Below, one piece after another: positions 22,501-31,525 of a stretch of 64,000 nt of DNA (positions within the stretch are counted from its first letter, which is position 1; each line of letters opens with the position of its first letter). A program made the translations under genes and the position numbers. The notes under the pieces are model-generated. The model saw only the letters and a program-made list of their open reading frames with translations. It ran no database searches and was not told the DNA's origin. The DNA lies in assembly GCA_963709425.1 (NCBI GenBank), contig CAVPWG010000002.1:134499-198498 (forward strand), read 5' to 3'. This DNA is from an uncultured Actinomycetes bacterium (GTDB lineage: Bacteria > Actinomycetota > Thermoleophilia > Gaiellales > JAICJC01).

Positions 22501-24328
22501 CGCTGGCTCCGACGAGCCGGGTCGGCACCTCCTCGACGACGGTGAGGCCGAGCTGCTCGAGCAGCGGCAGGAGGTCGGTCAGCGGGGCCTTGCCGCCGGT
22601 CTTGTAGAGCTTGAGGCGCGTCAGCGGCTCGGCGGTTCCCTGCTCGTTCTGGAGGGCCACGACGTAGGGACGGTCGGCGCCGAGGCGCTCGAACTGCTCG
22701 ACGTCGAAGGTGGCCTGGTAGATCGCGGCGGCGGACTTGTAGTAGTCGGGGAAGCGAGCCGCGTACCGGCGCGCGAGCTCGAGCCCACGGCCGACGCCGA
22801 GCTTGGCGACGAGGGCGTCCGACAGGGCGTCGTCCCAGCTCCGTGCGGCAGCGGCCACCTCCTGCTGAAGCTCGGCCATCGGCGGGTCGGGGATCTCGCC
22901 CGAGGGAACGTGGATCGTGAAGTGAAACCGGGCCGGGTCGGTGGCGAACGACAGGGTGTAATCCACGGCGCGGCCGCCGAACCGCAGCTCGAACAGGTGC
23001 TCGAGCCGGATGCGAAGCTCGGTGGAGACATGGTCGCGCGGGAGGGCGACCACGGCCGCCACCGTCCGCCGCACGGGGTCGCGCCGCAGGAAGAGGCGCA
23101 CGCCCCCCTCCTCCTGCATCCCGAGCAGGGCCATGATCGTGGCGCGGAGCTCCGACGCGGTGGCCGCGAACAGCTCGTCCTTGGGGAAGCTGTCGAAGAG
23201 CGCGACGACCGCCTTGTAGTCGTGCGAGCCCGCGATCAGGTCCTCCCACTGCATGATCGATTCGAGCTTGCGGCGGACGAGCGGGATCTGGCGCGCCGAC
23301 TCGTTGTACGCCTTCGACGTGAAGAGCCCGATCAGCCGCAGCTCGCCGACGACCTCGCCCCCGGCGTCGACGCGCTTCACGCCGATGTAGTCCATCCGCG
23401 CCTTGCGGTGGATGGTCGTCTCGGCGTTCGTCTTCGACACGATCACGAGCGGCCCGCCGAAGATCCGCTCACGCATCGACTCGTCGAGCTCGGCCACGGG
23501 CACCGGCTTTGCGAACCTCGACCGGGCCTCGTCCGAGAGCACGCCCAGGCCCGACGCCGGCACGATCCCGGCCGCAGGCCGGCCTCCGACCTCCGTCACC
23601 TCGTACTCGCGGTAGCCGAGGTAGATGAAGTTGTCGTCGGTGAGCCAGCTCAGAAACTCGATCGACTCGTGCATCTCGTCGGCCGCGTAGCGCGCACCGG
23701 CGGCCTCGGCGGCCTCGATCATCCGCTCGACCCGCTCGACCATCGGCAGGAAGTCGCGAACGACGAGCCGCAGGCCCGAGAGGCTCCGTAGCAGGGCGGC
23801 CTCGAGCGCCTCGAGGCCGGCGTCGTCCAGCCGGCGGTCGGTCTGGAAGTGCATGACGGACTCGCGCCTCGGAGCGCCGCGGGCGGGCGTCACGGCCTCG
23901 ATCGTGCCGTCGGCCGCCCGCTCGACTCCCATCACGGGGTGCAGGACGAGCCGCACCTGACAGGCGTGGGCGTGCACCTCGGCCGTCACCGTGTCGACGA
24001 GGAACGGCGCGTCCTCGACGTTCACGTCGACGACGGATCCCGACGCCGACCAGCCGTCGCGCTCCGGATCGGGGTTGAATGCGCGCACGGCCAGCTCGCC
24101 GGGCGGACGGCTGTTCACGAACGCGAAGACGCTCCGGACCTGGGCCGCCAGCTCGGGCACGCGGTACTCGGCCCGAAGCGGCGGCGGCGCACGGCGGACG
24201 TACGCCCGCACGAACTCGGCCAGCGGCCCGGTCCGCCCGGCGTCGAGCTCGGCCAGGAGCTCGTCGACCAGCTCGGCGCCGCTCTCGTCAGGCTCGGCAA
24301 TGGCCGGTGCCTGGTGCTCGATGCTCAC
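19522..24328 (-). pseudogene. gdh: NAD-specific glutamate dehydrogenase, large (~1600 aa) type, interrupted by one frameshift near 21200
   Basis: ORF 20399..24586 reads from GTG 24328 (VSIEHQAPAIAEPDE...) through ...PGTSWDDYDRSVIS and then becomes Arg-rich junk. ORF 19522..21189 continues in another frame as (V)WPRTAKSIPVSPQAQAVLGI...GGNLGLTQRGRIEY. The joined length is about 1600 aa. Confidence 0.9.
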
Positions 24329-24391
24329 GAGCGGTGATGGTACCGCAGGGCCTTGATACCGTCGGCCGTCCAACGGACAAGGGAGGGTGTC

Positions 24392-24859
24392 ATGCGACTC
24401 AGGTTGATCGCCGTGCTTGCGGCCGGGATCGGCGCCGGCCTCGTCATCCAGGCGGTGGCATTCGGCGGGACCGGCTCGAAGATCCGCACGCCGGTCACAA
24501 TCCACGTGATCGAGCACGCCCGCACGGACACCGTCATCGACACGGGGAGGAAGGGCGACACGACGGGCGACCTCCTGACGTTCCACAACCCGGTCTTCGA
24601 CGCCACGGACTCGGCGCGGGCCGGCCGCGACCAGGGCCAGTGCATCCGGATCGCCGCCGGCGCGTCCTGGGAGTGCACGTGGACGACGTTCCTGCCGGGC
24701 GGCCAGGTCACCGTCGAGGGGCCGTTCTTCGACACCAGGAACAGCGTCCTCGCCGTGACGGGCGGCACCGGCATCTACCGGAACGCCCGCGGCGCGATGC
24801 TGCTCAAGTCGCGGGACGGCGGCACGAAGTTCGACTTCGTGTTCCGGTTGGTGCCCTAG
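24392..24859 (+). CDS. secreted allene-oxide-cyclase/dirigent-like beta-barrel protein
   Basis: ORF 24353..24859. Start at ATG 24392 after AAGGGAGG. Signal-like MRLRLIAVLAAGIGAGLVIQAVA. GDLLTFHNPVF...VEGPFF...LAVTGGTGIYRNARG...FDFVFRL resembles the AOC barrel pattern. Confidence 0.65.
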   Translation: MRLRLIAVLAAGIGAGLVIQAVAFGGTGSKIRTPVTIHVIEHARTDTVIDTGRKGDTTGDLLTFHNPVFDATDSARAGRDQGQCIRIAAGASWECTWTTFLPGGQVTVEGPFFDTRNSVLAVTGGTGIYRNARGAMLLKSRDGGTKFDFVFRLVP

Positions 24860-24868
24860 ACGCGAGGC

Positions 24869-25582
24869 TCAGCGCGGGACCGGGTCGAAGCGATAGCCGA
24901 CGCCCGGATGGGTGTGGATGTAGACGTGCGTGCGCGACTGCAGGTCGATCTTCGACCGCAGCTTGCGCACGCACACGTCCACCGACCGGTCGCGCTTGCG
25001 CTGGGGCACGCCCCACACGCGCTGGCGCAGCTGGTCGCGCGTCAGCACGCGCCCGGCCTCGGAGGTGAGCACCTGGAGGAGCCTGAACTCGAGCGGCGTG
25101 AGCCCGGCGTCTGCTCCGTCGACGAGGACGCGGTGCAGGTCGGGGTCGATCTCGAGCCCCGGCATCGTGAGCTTCTCGGGCCGGCCAACCTGGGGGGTGA
25201 CCCGGCTGCGACGGAGCGCCGCCTCGACGCGAGCGACGAGCTCGCTCATCCCGAAGGGCTTGGCGACGTAGTCGTCGGCGCCCATCTTCAGCACCTGTAC
25301 CTTGTCCTGCTCCGACGCCCGGGCGCTCACGACGATGACCGGGCACTCGGTGCCGCCGGCGCGGAGCTCGCGCAGCACCTGCCAGCCGTCCAGGCCGGGA
25401 AGCATCAGATCGAGCACCACCACGTCGGGCCGCTCGAACCGTGCCTTGCGAAGGGCGCGGTCGCCGTCCTCGACGCATTCGACCGCCATGCCGGCGTGGC
25501 GCAGGTGCGCGCCGATCGACCCGGCGATCACGCGGTCGTCCTCGACGACCAGCACGCTCGGCGGCCGTCGGTTGTTGTTCAC
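24869..25582 (-). CDS. OmpR/PhoB-family DNA-binding response regulator
   Basis: C-terminal 237 aa of ORF 24869..25981, from GTG 25582 (VNNNRRPPSVLVVEDD). Receiver motifs DVVVLDLMLPGLDG and KPF. Winged-helix LTPLEFRLLQVL...VGYRF. Confidence 0.9.
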   Translation of the reverse strand: MNNNRRPPSVLVVEDDRVIAGSIGAHLRHAGMAVECVEDGDRALRKARFERPDVVVLDLMLPGLDGWQVLRELRAGGTECPVIVVSARASEQDKVQVLKMGADDYVAKPFGMSELVARVEAALRRSRVTPQVGRPEKLTMPGLEIDPDLHRVLVDGADAGLTPLEFRLLQVLTSEAGRVLTRDQLRQRVWGVPQRKRDRSVDVCVRKLRSKIDLQSRTHVYIHTHPGVGYRFDPVPR

Positions 25583-26097
25583 GAGGCCACTCCGGCGGGG
25601 ATGCGCGGAGCTGCGGGCGGGCTCACCGGCGGGATCGCCATGCGCCACGCCTCGCCGACGGCCAGGACGTGCAGCCCGGCGCAGCGGGCCCGAGCACCCA
25701 GCCCGGGATCCTCGAGGATGACGTCGATCATCCGCCCGAGCACCCTCAGGCCCGACAGGTCGCGGCGGACGAAGACGTCCAGCGCCAGCGCCAGGCCGGC
25801 GGCGAGCCGGCCCGGATCGCCGCGCCAGCCGTCGGCGGCCACCGCCCGCTCGATGTGGCGGATGTGAAGCGCTGCCTCCTGAACGGCCCGGATGCGGCCG
25901 ATGTCGTCGGCGGACGCGTGCGGGCTGCGGAGCAGCGCTGCGGATGCGTGCCGGACGCGGGCGTGCTCGAAGACAGCGCATTCGGGGCGCTCGCCCTCTG
26001 CGGCGGCGTTCAAGGCCTGAACGACGACGTGGCCGAAGCGGAGAGCATCATCCTCGAGAGCCTCGACCTGCTCCTGAAATGTGGTCTCGGTGATCAT
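25579..26097 (-). CDS. hypothetical helical protein (172 aa) translationally coupled to the response regulator
   Basis: C-terminal part of ORF 25579..26484, from ATG 26097 (MITETTFQEQVEALEDDALRF...). High GC3. Its stop overlaps the regulator GTG (GTGA). No family recognised. It sits where phoU or a sensor kinase might be expected. Confidence 0.55.
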   Translation of the reverse strand: MITETTFQEQVEALEDDALRFGHVVVQALNAAAEGERPECAVFEHARVRHASAALLRSPHASADDIGRIRAVQEAALHIRHIERAVAADGWRGDPGRLAAGLALALDVFVRRDLSGLRVLGRMIDVILEDPGLGARARCAGLHVLAVGEAWRMAIPPVSPPAAPRIPAGVAS

Positions 26098-26168
26098 GCC
26101 TCCATGGTGCCCCGGCCGGCCGGCCCCTGGGGTATCGAGACGGTGCACCGGAGGTGAATTGGTGGAGA

Positions 26169-27098
26169 TCACCCGAACCTGCCGGTGACGTACGCCTCCG
26201 TGCGCGAGTCGGACGGCCTGATGAACAGGTCGGCGGTGGGCGCGTACTCGACCAGGACGCCGTTTCGATGGCCGCCGTCCTTCACATCGACGCTGAAGAA
26301 CGCCGTCATGTCTGCCACGCGTGCCGCCTGCTGCATATTGTGCGTGACGATCACGATCGTGTAGTCCTGCTTCAGCTCGCCGACGAGATCCTCGATGCGC
26401 TGCGTCGCAATGGGGTCGAGCGCGGAGGCCGGCTCGTCCATCAGGACGACCTCGGGCTCGATGGCCAGCGCGCGGGCGATGCACAGCCGCTGCTGCTGGC
26501 CCCCCGAGAGCGCGAGCGCGCTCGCCTTGAGCCGATCCTTCACCTCATCCCAGAGGGCGGCCTTGTGGAGCGCCTGCTCGATCCGGTCGTCGAGGTTGTC
26601 TTTCATGCCGTGCAGTCGGAGCCCGAACGCCACGTTGTCATAGATCGACTTCGGGAATGGGTTCGGACGCTGGAACACCATGCCGATCCGGCGTCGAACC
26701 TCGACGGGGTCGACCGCCGAGCCATAGAGGTCGTGCCCGTGATACGTGATCGTCCCATCGACCGTCGCGCCGGTTATGAGGTCGTTCATGCGATTGAGGC
26801 TGCGAAGAAGTGTGGTCTTGCCGCAGCCAGACGGGCCGATAAAGGCAGTGACCTGGTAGCGAAAGACGTCCATCGTGACGTCGGAGACGGCCGTCGCCCC
26901 TGAGTACGAGACGCTGACGTCCTCCAGCCGCAACACGGGCTCGCGTTGATCCTCGGGAACCGGCGCGTGCTGCGAGGCCAGCTCACCGAGCTTCGCGTGC
27001 GACTGGTTCTGAACAGCGTTCGCGGTGTCGGAAGGCCTGACCGGCGCGGCCGCTGCCTCCTCGTTCCTGCGCTTCTCGGGATCGCTCACGGTCGACAT
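26169..27098 (-). CDS. pstB: phosphate ABC transporter ATP-binding protein
   Basis: ORF 26169..27098. [37 protein letters not shown] and the YVTGRFG C-terminus. The N-terminal extension of about 45 aa is low-complexity. Confidence 0.92.
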   Translation of the reverse strand: MSTVSDPEKRRNEEAAAAPVRPSDTANAVQNQSHAKLGELASQHAPVPEDQREPVLRLEDVSVSYSGATAVSDVTMDVFRYQVTAFIGPSGCGKTTLLRSLNRMNDLITGATVDGTITYHGHDLYGSAVDPVEVRRRIGMVFQRPNPFPKSIYDNVAFGLRLHGMKDNLDDRIEQALHKAALWDEVKDRLKASALALSGGQQQRLCIARALAIEPEVVLMDEPASALDPIATQRIEDLVGELKQDYTIVIVTHNMQQAARVADMTAFFSVDVKDGGHRNGVLVEYAPTADLFIRPSDSRTEAYVTGRFG

Positions 27099-27186
27099 GC
27101 TCGCACAGGATGGTCGCAGCGAACGCTGAGCACGGGGGTTATGCGCCGGTGTCGACCTAGTGAAAATCTGGAGAACACGGCGCGGC

Positions 27187-28077
27187 TCACGTGACCTGCT
27201 CGATCTTACGGCGGGTGCGAAGCGACAGCAGGCGGCCCGCGATGCTCCCGATGAGCACGATCGCTACCAGCACGAGGGCGGCCGCCCAGGCCTGCTCCTG
27301 CGCATGCGGGTCGGGTTGCTCGGAGTATGAGAAGATCACCATCGGGATCGAGGCCATCGCCTGGCTCGGATCGGTGTTGACGGTGGTGCCCACGAAGATC
27401 GACGTCGTGAACAGCAGTGGAGCGGTCTCGCCCGCAGCCCGGGCGACGGCGACGATCGTTGCCGTCACGATCCCGCCCACGGCAGTCGGGAGGATCACTG
27501 TCACCACTGTGCGCGCCCGGGTCGCTCCCAGTGCCATCCCACCCTCGCGCAGGTGCGACGGGACCAGCCGGAGGACCTCCTCGGTGGCACGCGCGACGAG
27601 CGGCAGCATCACGATTGACAGGCCGAGCGAGCCGGCGAACGCACTCTGGCCGCGACCGACGACCACCAGGGCGAAGATGAAGACGCCGATCACGATCGTC
27701 GGCACGCCCGCCAGCACGTTGAGCGTGAGGCCGATCAGCTCGGCGAGCCGCCGCGGCGCGAACTCGGTGTTGAAGATCGCGAGCAGGACGCCCGCGGGCA
27801 GTGCGATCGCCGTGGCGATGCCCGTGATGATGACCGTGCCGACGATCGCATTCTTGATCCCGCCGCCTGACGCGCCGAATGGGGCGGCGTTCTGGGTGAA
27901 GAAGTCGAGGTTCAGGGCCGGCATTGCGCGCTTCGCCACGGAGATGAGGACGATGGCGAGCGCTGCCGCAGCGGTCAGGGCGGCCATAGTCGCGAGTGCC
28001 TCCATGACCTGACCGGTGAGCTTGCGCCTCCGAGCGCGCCGCCCACCGGAGATCAGGGGATTGGCGTCGGCGCTCAT
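27187..28077 (-). CDS. pstA: phosphate ABC transporter permease
   Basis: C-terminal 296 aa of ORF 27187..28986, from [16 protein letters not shown] overlap with the pstC stop. Has [20 protein letters not shown]. Confidence 0.9.
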   Translation of the reverse strand: MSADANPLISGGRRARRRKLTGQVMEALATMAALTAAAALAIVLISVAKRAMPALNLDFFTQNAAPFGASGGGIKNAIVGTVIITGIATAIALPAGVLLAIFNTEFAPRRLAELIGLTLNVLAGVPTIVIGVFIFALVVVGRGQSAFAGSLGLSIVMLPLVARATEEVLRLVPSHLREGGMALGATRARTVVTVILPTAVGGIVTATIVAVARAAGETAPLLFTTSIFVGTTVNTDPSQAMASIPMVIFSYSEQPDPHAQEQAWAAALVLVAIVLIGSIAGRLLSLRTRRKIEQVT

Positions 28078-29036
28078 CGGTGCCCGAGCCTTCGCTGGGT
28101 CCGGCGCACGATCACCTGGGCGACGAGATTGGTGATGAGGCTGATCACGAGCAGGATCACCGCCAGGTATGCGAGCGATGCCTTCTGGAGGGATGTCGCA
28201 GTCCCGGCGTACTGCGCCGCCAGCCTGCTGGCCATGGTGTCGGCGGGGGCGTAGAGGTTTTCCGGGCGAGTGAGCGAGCCGCCGATAACCTGAGCCACGG
28301 CGATCGCCTCGCCGACCGCGCGCCCGAACCCCAGCATCACCGCGGCAACAAGGCCGCCGCTCACCTGCGGGATCGCAACCCCGCGCACCATCTCCCAGCG
28401 GGTCGCGCCGAGCGCCATCGCGCCGTGCTTGAGTTCGCCGGGAACGCTCGTGAAGAGCTCGCGGCTGATCGACGCGACGATCGGGACCACCATCAGCGTC
28501 AGGATGAGGCACGCAGGCAGCAGGCCGACCGGCGACGGGAACCCATCCAGGAACGGAATGAATCCCAGATGGGCAATCATCCAGGGCTCGACGTGCTCGT
28601 TCAGGAATGGGCCCAGGATGAGGATCCCCCAGAGGCCGAGGACGACGCTCGGGATGGCCGCGAGCAGCTCGACCATGGTCCCGACCGGAGTCCGGAGCAT
28701 GCGCGGAGCGAGCTCGCTCAGGAAGAGCCCGATTGCAATCGCCAGAGGCACCGCGATGAGCAGTGCCACGAGCGCCGTGACGAGCGTCCCGAAGATCAGG
28801 TCGGCCGCGCCGTACGTATCCTTGACGGTGTTCCACACGCTCGAGGTCAGGAACCCGGCGCCGAACTCCTGAATCGACGGCTTGGCCTGGTCGACGACCT
28901 CGACGACGAGGAGGATCATCAGCGCCGCCAGCCCCAGAGCGGCGAGCCCGGCGATGCTCTGGAGGATGACGTCGCCGAACCGCCACCGGCGACGGGCGCT
29001 CAGAGGCACGTGGGCTGTTGGCGACTCAGTGGTCAT
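28074..29036 (-). CDS. pstC: phosphate ABC transporter permease
   Basis: ORF 28074..29036. Has KHGAMALGATRWEMVRGVAIP and multiple TM helices. Confidence 0.9.
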   Translation of the reverse strand: MTTESPTAHVPLSARRRWRFGDVILQSIAGLAALGLAALMILLVVEVVDQAKPSIQEFGAGFLTSSVWNTVKDTYGAADLIFGTLVTALVALLIAVPLAIAIGLFLSELAPRMLRTPVGTMVELLAAIPSVVLGLWGILILGPFLNEHVEPWMIAHLGFIPFLDGFPSPVGLLPACLILTLMVVPIVASISRELFTSVPGELKHGAMALGATRWEMVRGVAIPQVSGGLVAAVMLGFGRAVGEAIAVAQVIGGSLTRPENLYAPADTMASRLAAQYAGTATSLQKASLAYLAVILLVISLITNLVAQVIVRRTQRRLGHR

Positions 29037-29100
29037 GGGGCTCGCAGGGGCGGAGGCGCCGGCACCGTGGGAGGATGGCGCCGGCGCTCCGCTCCGCCGG

Positions 29101-30220
29101 TCAGGAGCCGATCTTGTTGATCAGCGCCTGGTCGCTTGCAACGATTGAGGACGGGAGCTTCGGATACCCGAGGTCGGGACCGAATGCCCTGACCGGTCGG
29201 GCCGATCGCGTACTGCAGGAACGCCTTCAGCGTCGAGGCCTTGGGGGAGTCCTGCGGCACGATGACGTAGGTGAATGTCGAGTCGGGGTACGCGTCCGCA
29301 GCCGAAGCCGGCGGATTTACGAGCGAGATCGATCCGTCAGGGTTCGTCGTGCCGACCTTGGCCGCAGCGATCACCGACTTCGTGCCGGGCTCCGGGTAGT
29401 TGCCGGCTGCGTTCTGGAGCAGCGCATACTGGAGATCGTTCGCCTGCACGTATGCCAGGTCAACGTACGTCACGGCACCATCGGTGGCCTGGACGGCTGC
29501 GACGACACCGCTCGAGTGCTCAGCACCCGTACCGGTCGGGAAAGGCGGCTGCGTCGACGTGCCGACGTTGTCTGACCAGTCCGGGCTGACCTTCGAGAGC
29601 CAGTCGGTGAAGGCGAAGCTCGTTCCCGAACCGTCGCTGCGATAGACCGGAGTGATGTGCGTGTCCGGAAGGTTGACGCCAGGGTTGAGCTTGGCGATCT
29701 CCGGATCGTTCCAGGACGTGATCTTGCCCATGAACATGTCAGCGATGACCGGGCCGGTCAGATGGATCTTGTTCTGGAGACCCTTGACGTTGTACGTGAT
29801 CGCGACCGCGCCCAGCGACCACGGGATCTGGATGCAACCCTTGCAGGCCGCGGCTTGATCCGACGAGAGCGGCGCGTCACTCGCGCCGAAGTCGACCGTC
29901 CGCGCCGTGATCTGGTCGACGCCACCGCCGCTCCCGATCGCGCCGTAGGTGATCGTGACGGCGGCGGGACTCTTCACGTAGTCCGCCTCCCACTGCTGCA
30001 CGAGAGGCGCCACGAAGGTGCTGCCGGCACCGACGAGGACCTTCGAGTCGCCATTGCTGCTGCCGCCGGCGGTCTGCGTAACCGTCGTCGTGCCGCCACT
30101 CGACCCGCAGGCCGAGGCCACGGCGACCATCCCCACTACGAGCGACATCAGAACCGCTCTGCTGAACGTCTCATGCGAAACCTCTCCGTCGTCTTGACCA
30201 CGAATGAGTCGATTGTGCAT
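29101..30220 (-). pseudogene. pstS: phosphate ABC transporter substrate-binding lipoprotein, frameshifted near 29185-29192
   Basis: ORF 29033..30220 reads MVAVASACGSS...GAGSTFVAPLVQQW...AFLQYAIGPTGQ and then junk that runs into pstC. The +1 frame gives the canonical end AFGPDLGYPKLPSSIVASDQALINKIGS with a stop at 29101..29103. The 5' end is also ambiguous (see findings). Confidence 0.88.
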
Positions 30221-30234
30221 CCGCCCCTTCCGCC

Positions 30235-30267
30235 GTGGGGTGACGCGCCGGTATAGGGTCGGTGAAC
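30235..30267 (-). promoter_or_regulatory. candidate PHO-box direct repeats upstream of pstS
   Basis: The minus strand reads GTTCACCGACC-CTATACCGGCG-CGTCACCCCAC as three 11-nt units. Units 1 and 3 carry GTTCACC and a 5/7 match (cGTCACC), 22 nt apart. Confidence 0.4.
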
Positions 30268-30316
30268 AAGTGGTGATCGCCCATTTCCGGGTGCTTCGGA
30301 CCTGTACGCTCCTCGC

Positions 30317-30991
30317 ATGACACGGGAGATGTTCGACCAGGAGCTCACCGAGCTCGGCGCGCTGCTAAACGAAGAGGCGCGCCTGTGCCAGCGTTCGCTC
30401 GACGGCGCCCTCGAGGCGCTGATCCGCCCTGAGTCCGACGCGGCCGACACGGTCATCGCCGGCGATGACGCCGTCGACCGCGTCTACCTGCAGGTCGAGC
30501 ACGGCGTCGAGTCGCTCCTCGCCCGCCAGTCGCCGGTCGCCGTCGACCTGCGGTTCGTGCTCGCCGTGATCCACGTGAACCAGAACCTGGAACGGATCGG
30601 CGACCAGTGCGTCAACATCGCCAAGCTGAGCCGGCTCTTCGTCGAGCAGCCGCTCACCCCGGAGCTGCTCGAGGACTTCACCGTGATGGGGAACCAGGCC
30701 AGCGGCATGATCGCGACGGCGATGGAGTCGTTCGTCCAGCGCGATCTCGAGCAGGCCGAGTCGCTGGTCGAGCTCGACCAGGTCATCAACGAGCGAAACC
30801 ACGGCCTGGCGCGGCGCATCATCGAGGGCGGCTTCGACGAGTCGACGATCGAGATGCCGCTGCGGGCCATGCTGATCGCCCGGGCGATCGAGCGCATCGG
30901 CGACAACGCGGTCGACATCGGCGAGCAGACGGCCTATCTGGTGACGGCGGCCTTCCGCGAGTTCACCGACGCCTCACACCCAGTGGCATAG
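30317..30991 (+). CDS. phoU: phosphate signalling complex protein PhoU
   Basis: ORF 30317..30991. Two PhoU repeats carry NLERIGDQCVNIA and AIERIGDNAVDIGE. Divergent from pstS. Confidence 0.9.
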   Translation: MTREMFDQELTELGALLNEEARLCQRSLDGALEALIRPESDAADTVIAGDDAVDRVYLQVEHGVESLLARQSPVAVDLRFVLAVIHVNQNLERIGDQCVNIAKLSRLFVEQPLTPELLEDFTVMGNQASGMIATAMESFVQRDLEQAESLVELDQVINERNHGLARRIIEGGFDESTIEMPLRAMLIARAIERIGDNAVDIGEQTAYLVTAAFREFTDASHPVA

Positions 30992-30992
30992 C

Positions 30993-31515
30993 TCAGGCCG
31001 TCCGCGGCTCCCACCGCCGCAGTGTGTCTGCCACGCTCTGCTCCTCGAGGTCGAGGTGGGCGAGCAGATGGCCGGCCAGGGCTTCGAGCGCCGCCGCCAC
31101 CTGGGTGCGCGGCGGCCGGCGTGTCCTCGCCGTCGAGCTCCCCGACCGCTGATTCCACCCCCTCGAGCAGGCCCGCCACCTGCCGGTGATCCGCCTGGAG
31201 CCGCTCGACCACCGGCCCGAGCGACGGATTGACGCGGCGGAGCTCGGGGAAGAGCGCCCTGTCCTCGAGCCGGTGATGGTGGTGGACGAACCGGCAATAG
31301 TGCAGGCAGCTCGCGCGGAGCCGCCAGAGCGGGCCGGTGGCCTCGAGGGCCCGGACCTCGTCGACGACGGCCTCGGCCGCAGCCCCGTCGACGACCTCGA
31401 CGGCGAGCCGTTCGACGGTCGCCAGGTCCTGCCGGAGGAGCCCGTGGACCCAGAGCAGATCCTCGTAGAGCGCCTCACCCTGAGGCGTCACCGGCAGCTC
31501 CTCGATGCCGCCCAT
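30993..31515 (-). pseudogene. hemerythrin HHE cation-binding domain protein, frameshifted near 31107-31113
   Basis: ORF 30934..31563 gives MGGIEELP...CRFVHHHHRLEDRALFPEL...LQADHRQVAGLLEGVESAVGELDGEDTPAA and then junk. ORF 30993..31478 supplies the proper end ...RTQVAAALEALAGHLLAHLDLEEQSVADTLRRWEPRTA. Start set at ATG 31515, 10 nt after the opcA stop. Confidence 0.7.
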
Positions 31516-31525
31516 CCCCGGCGGT

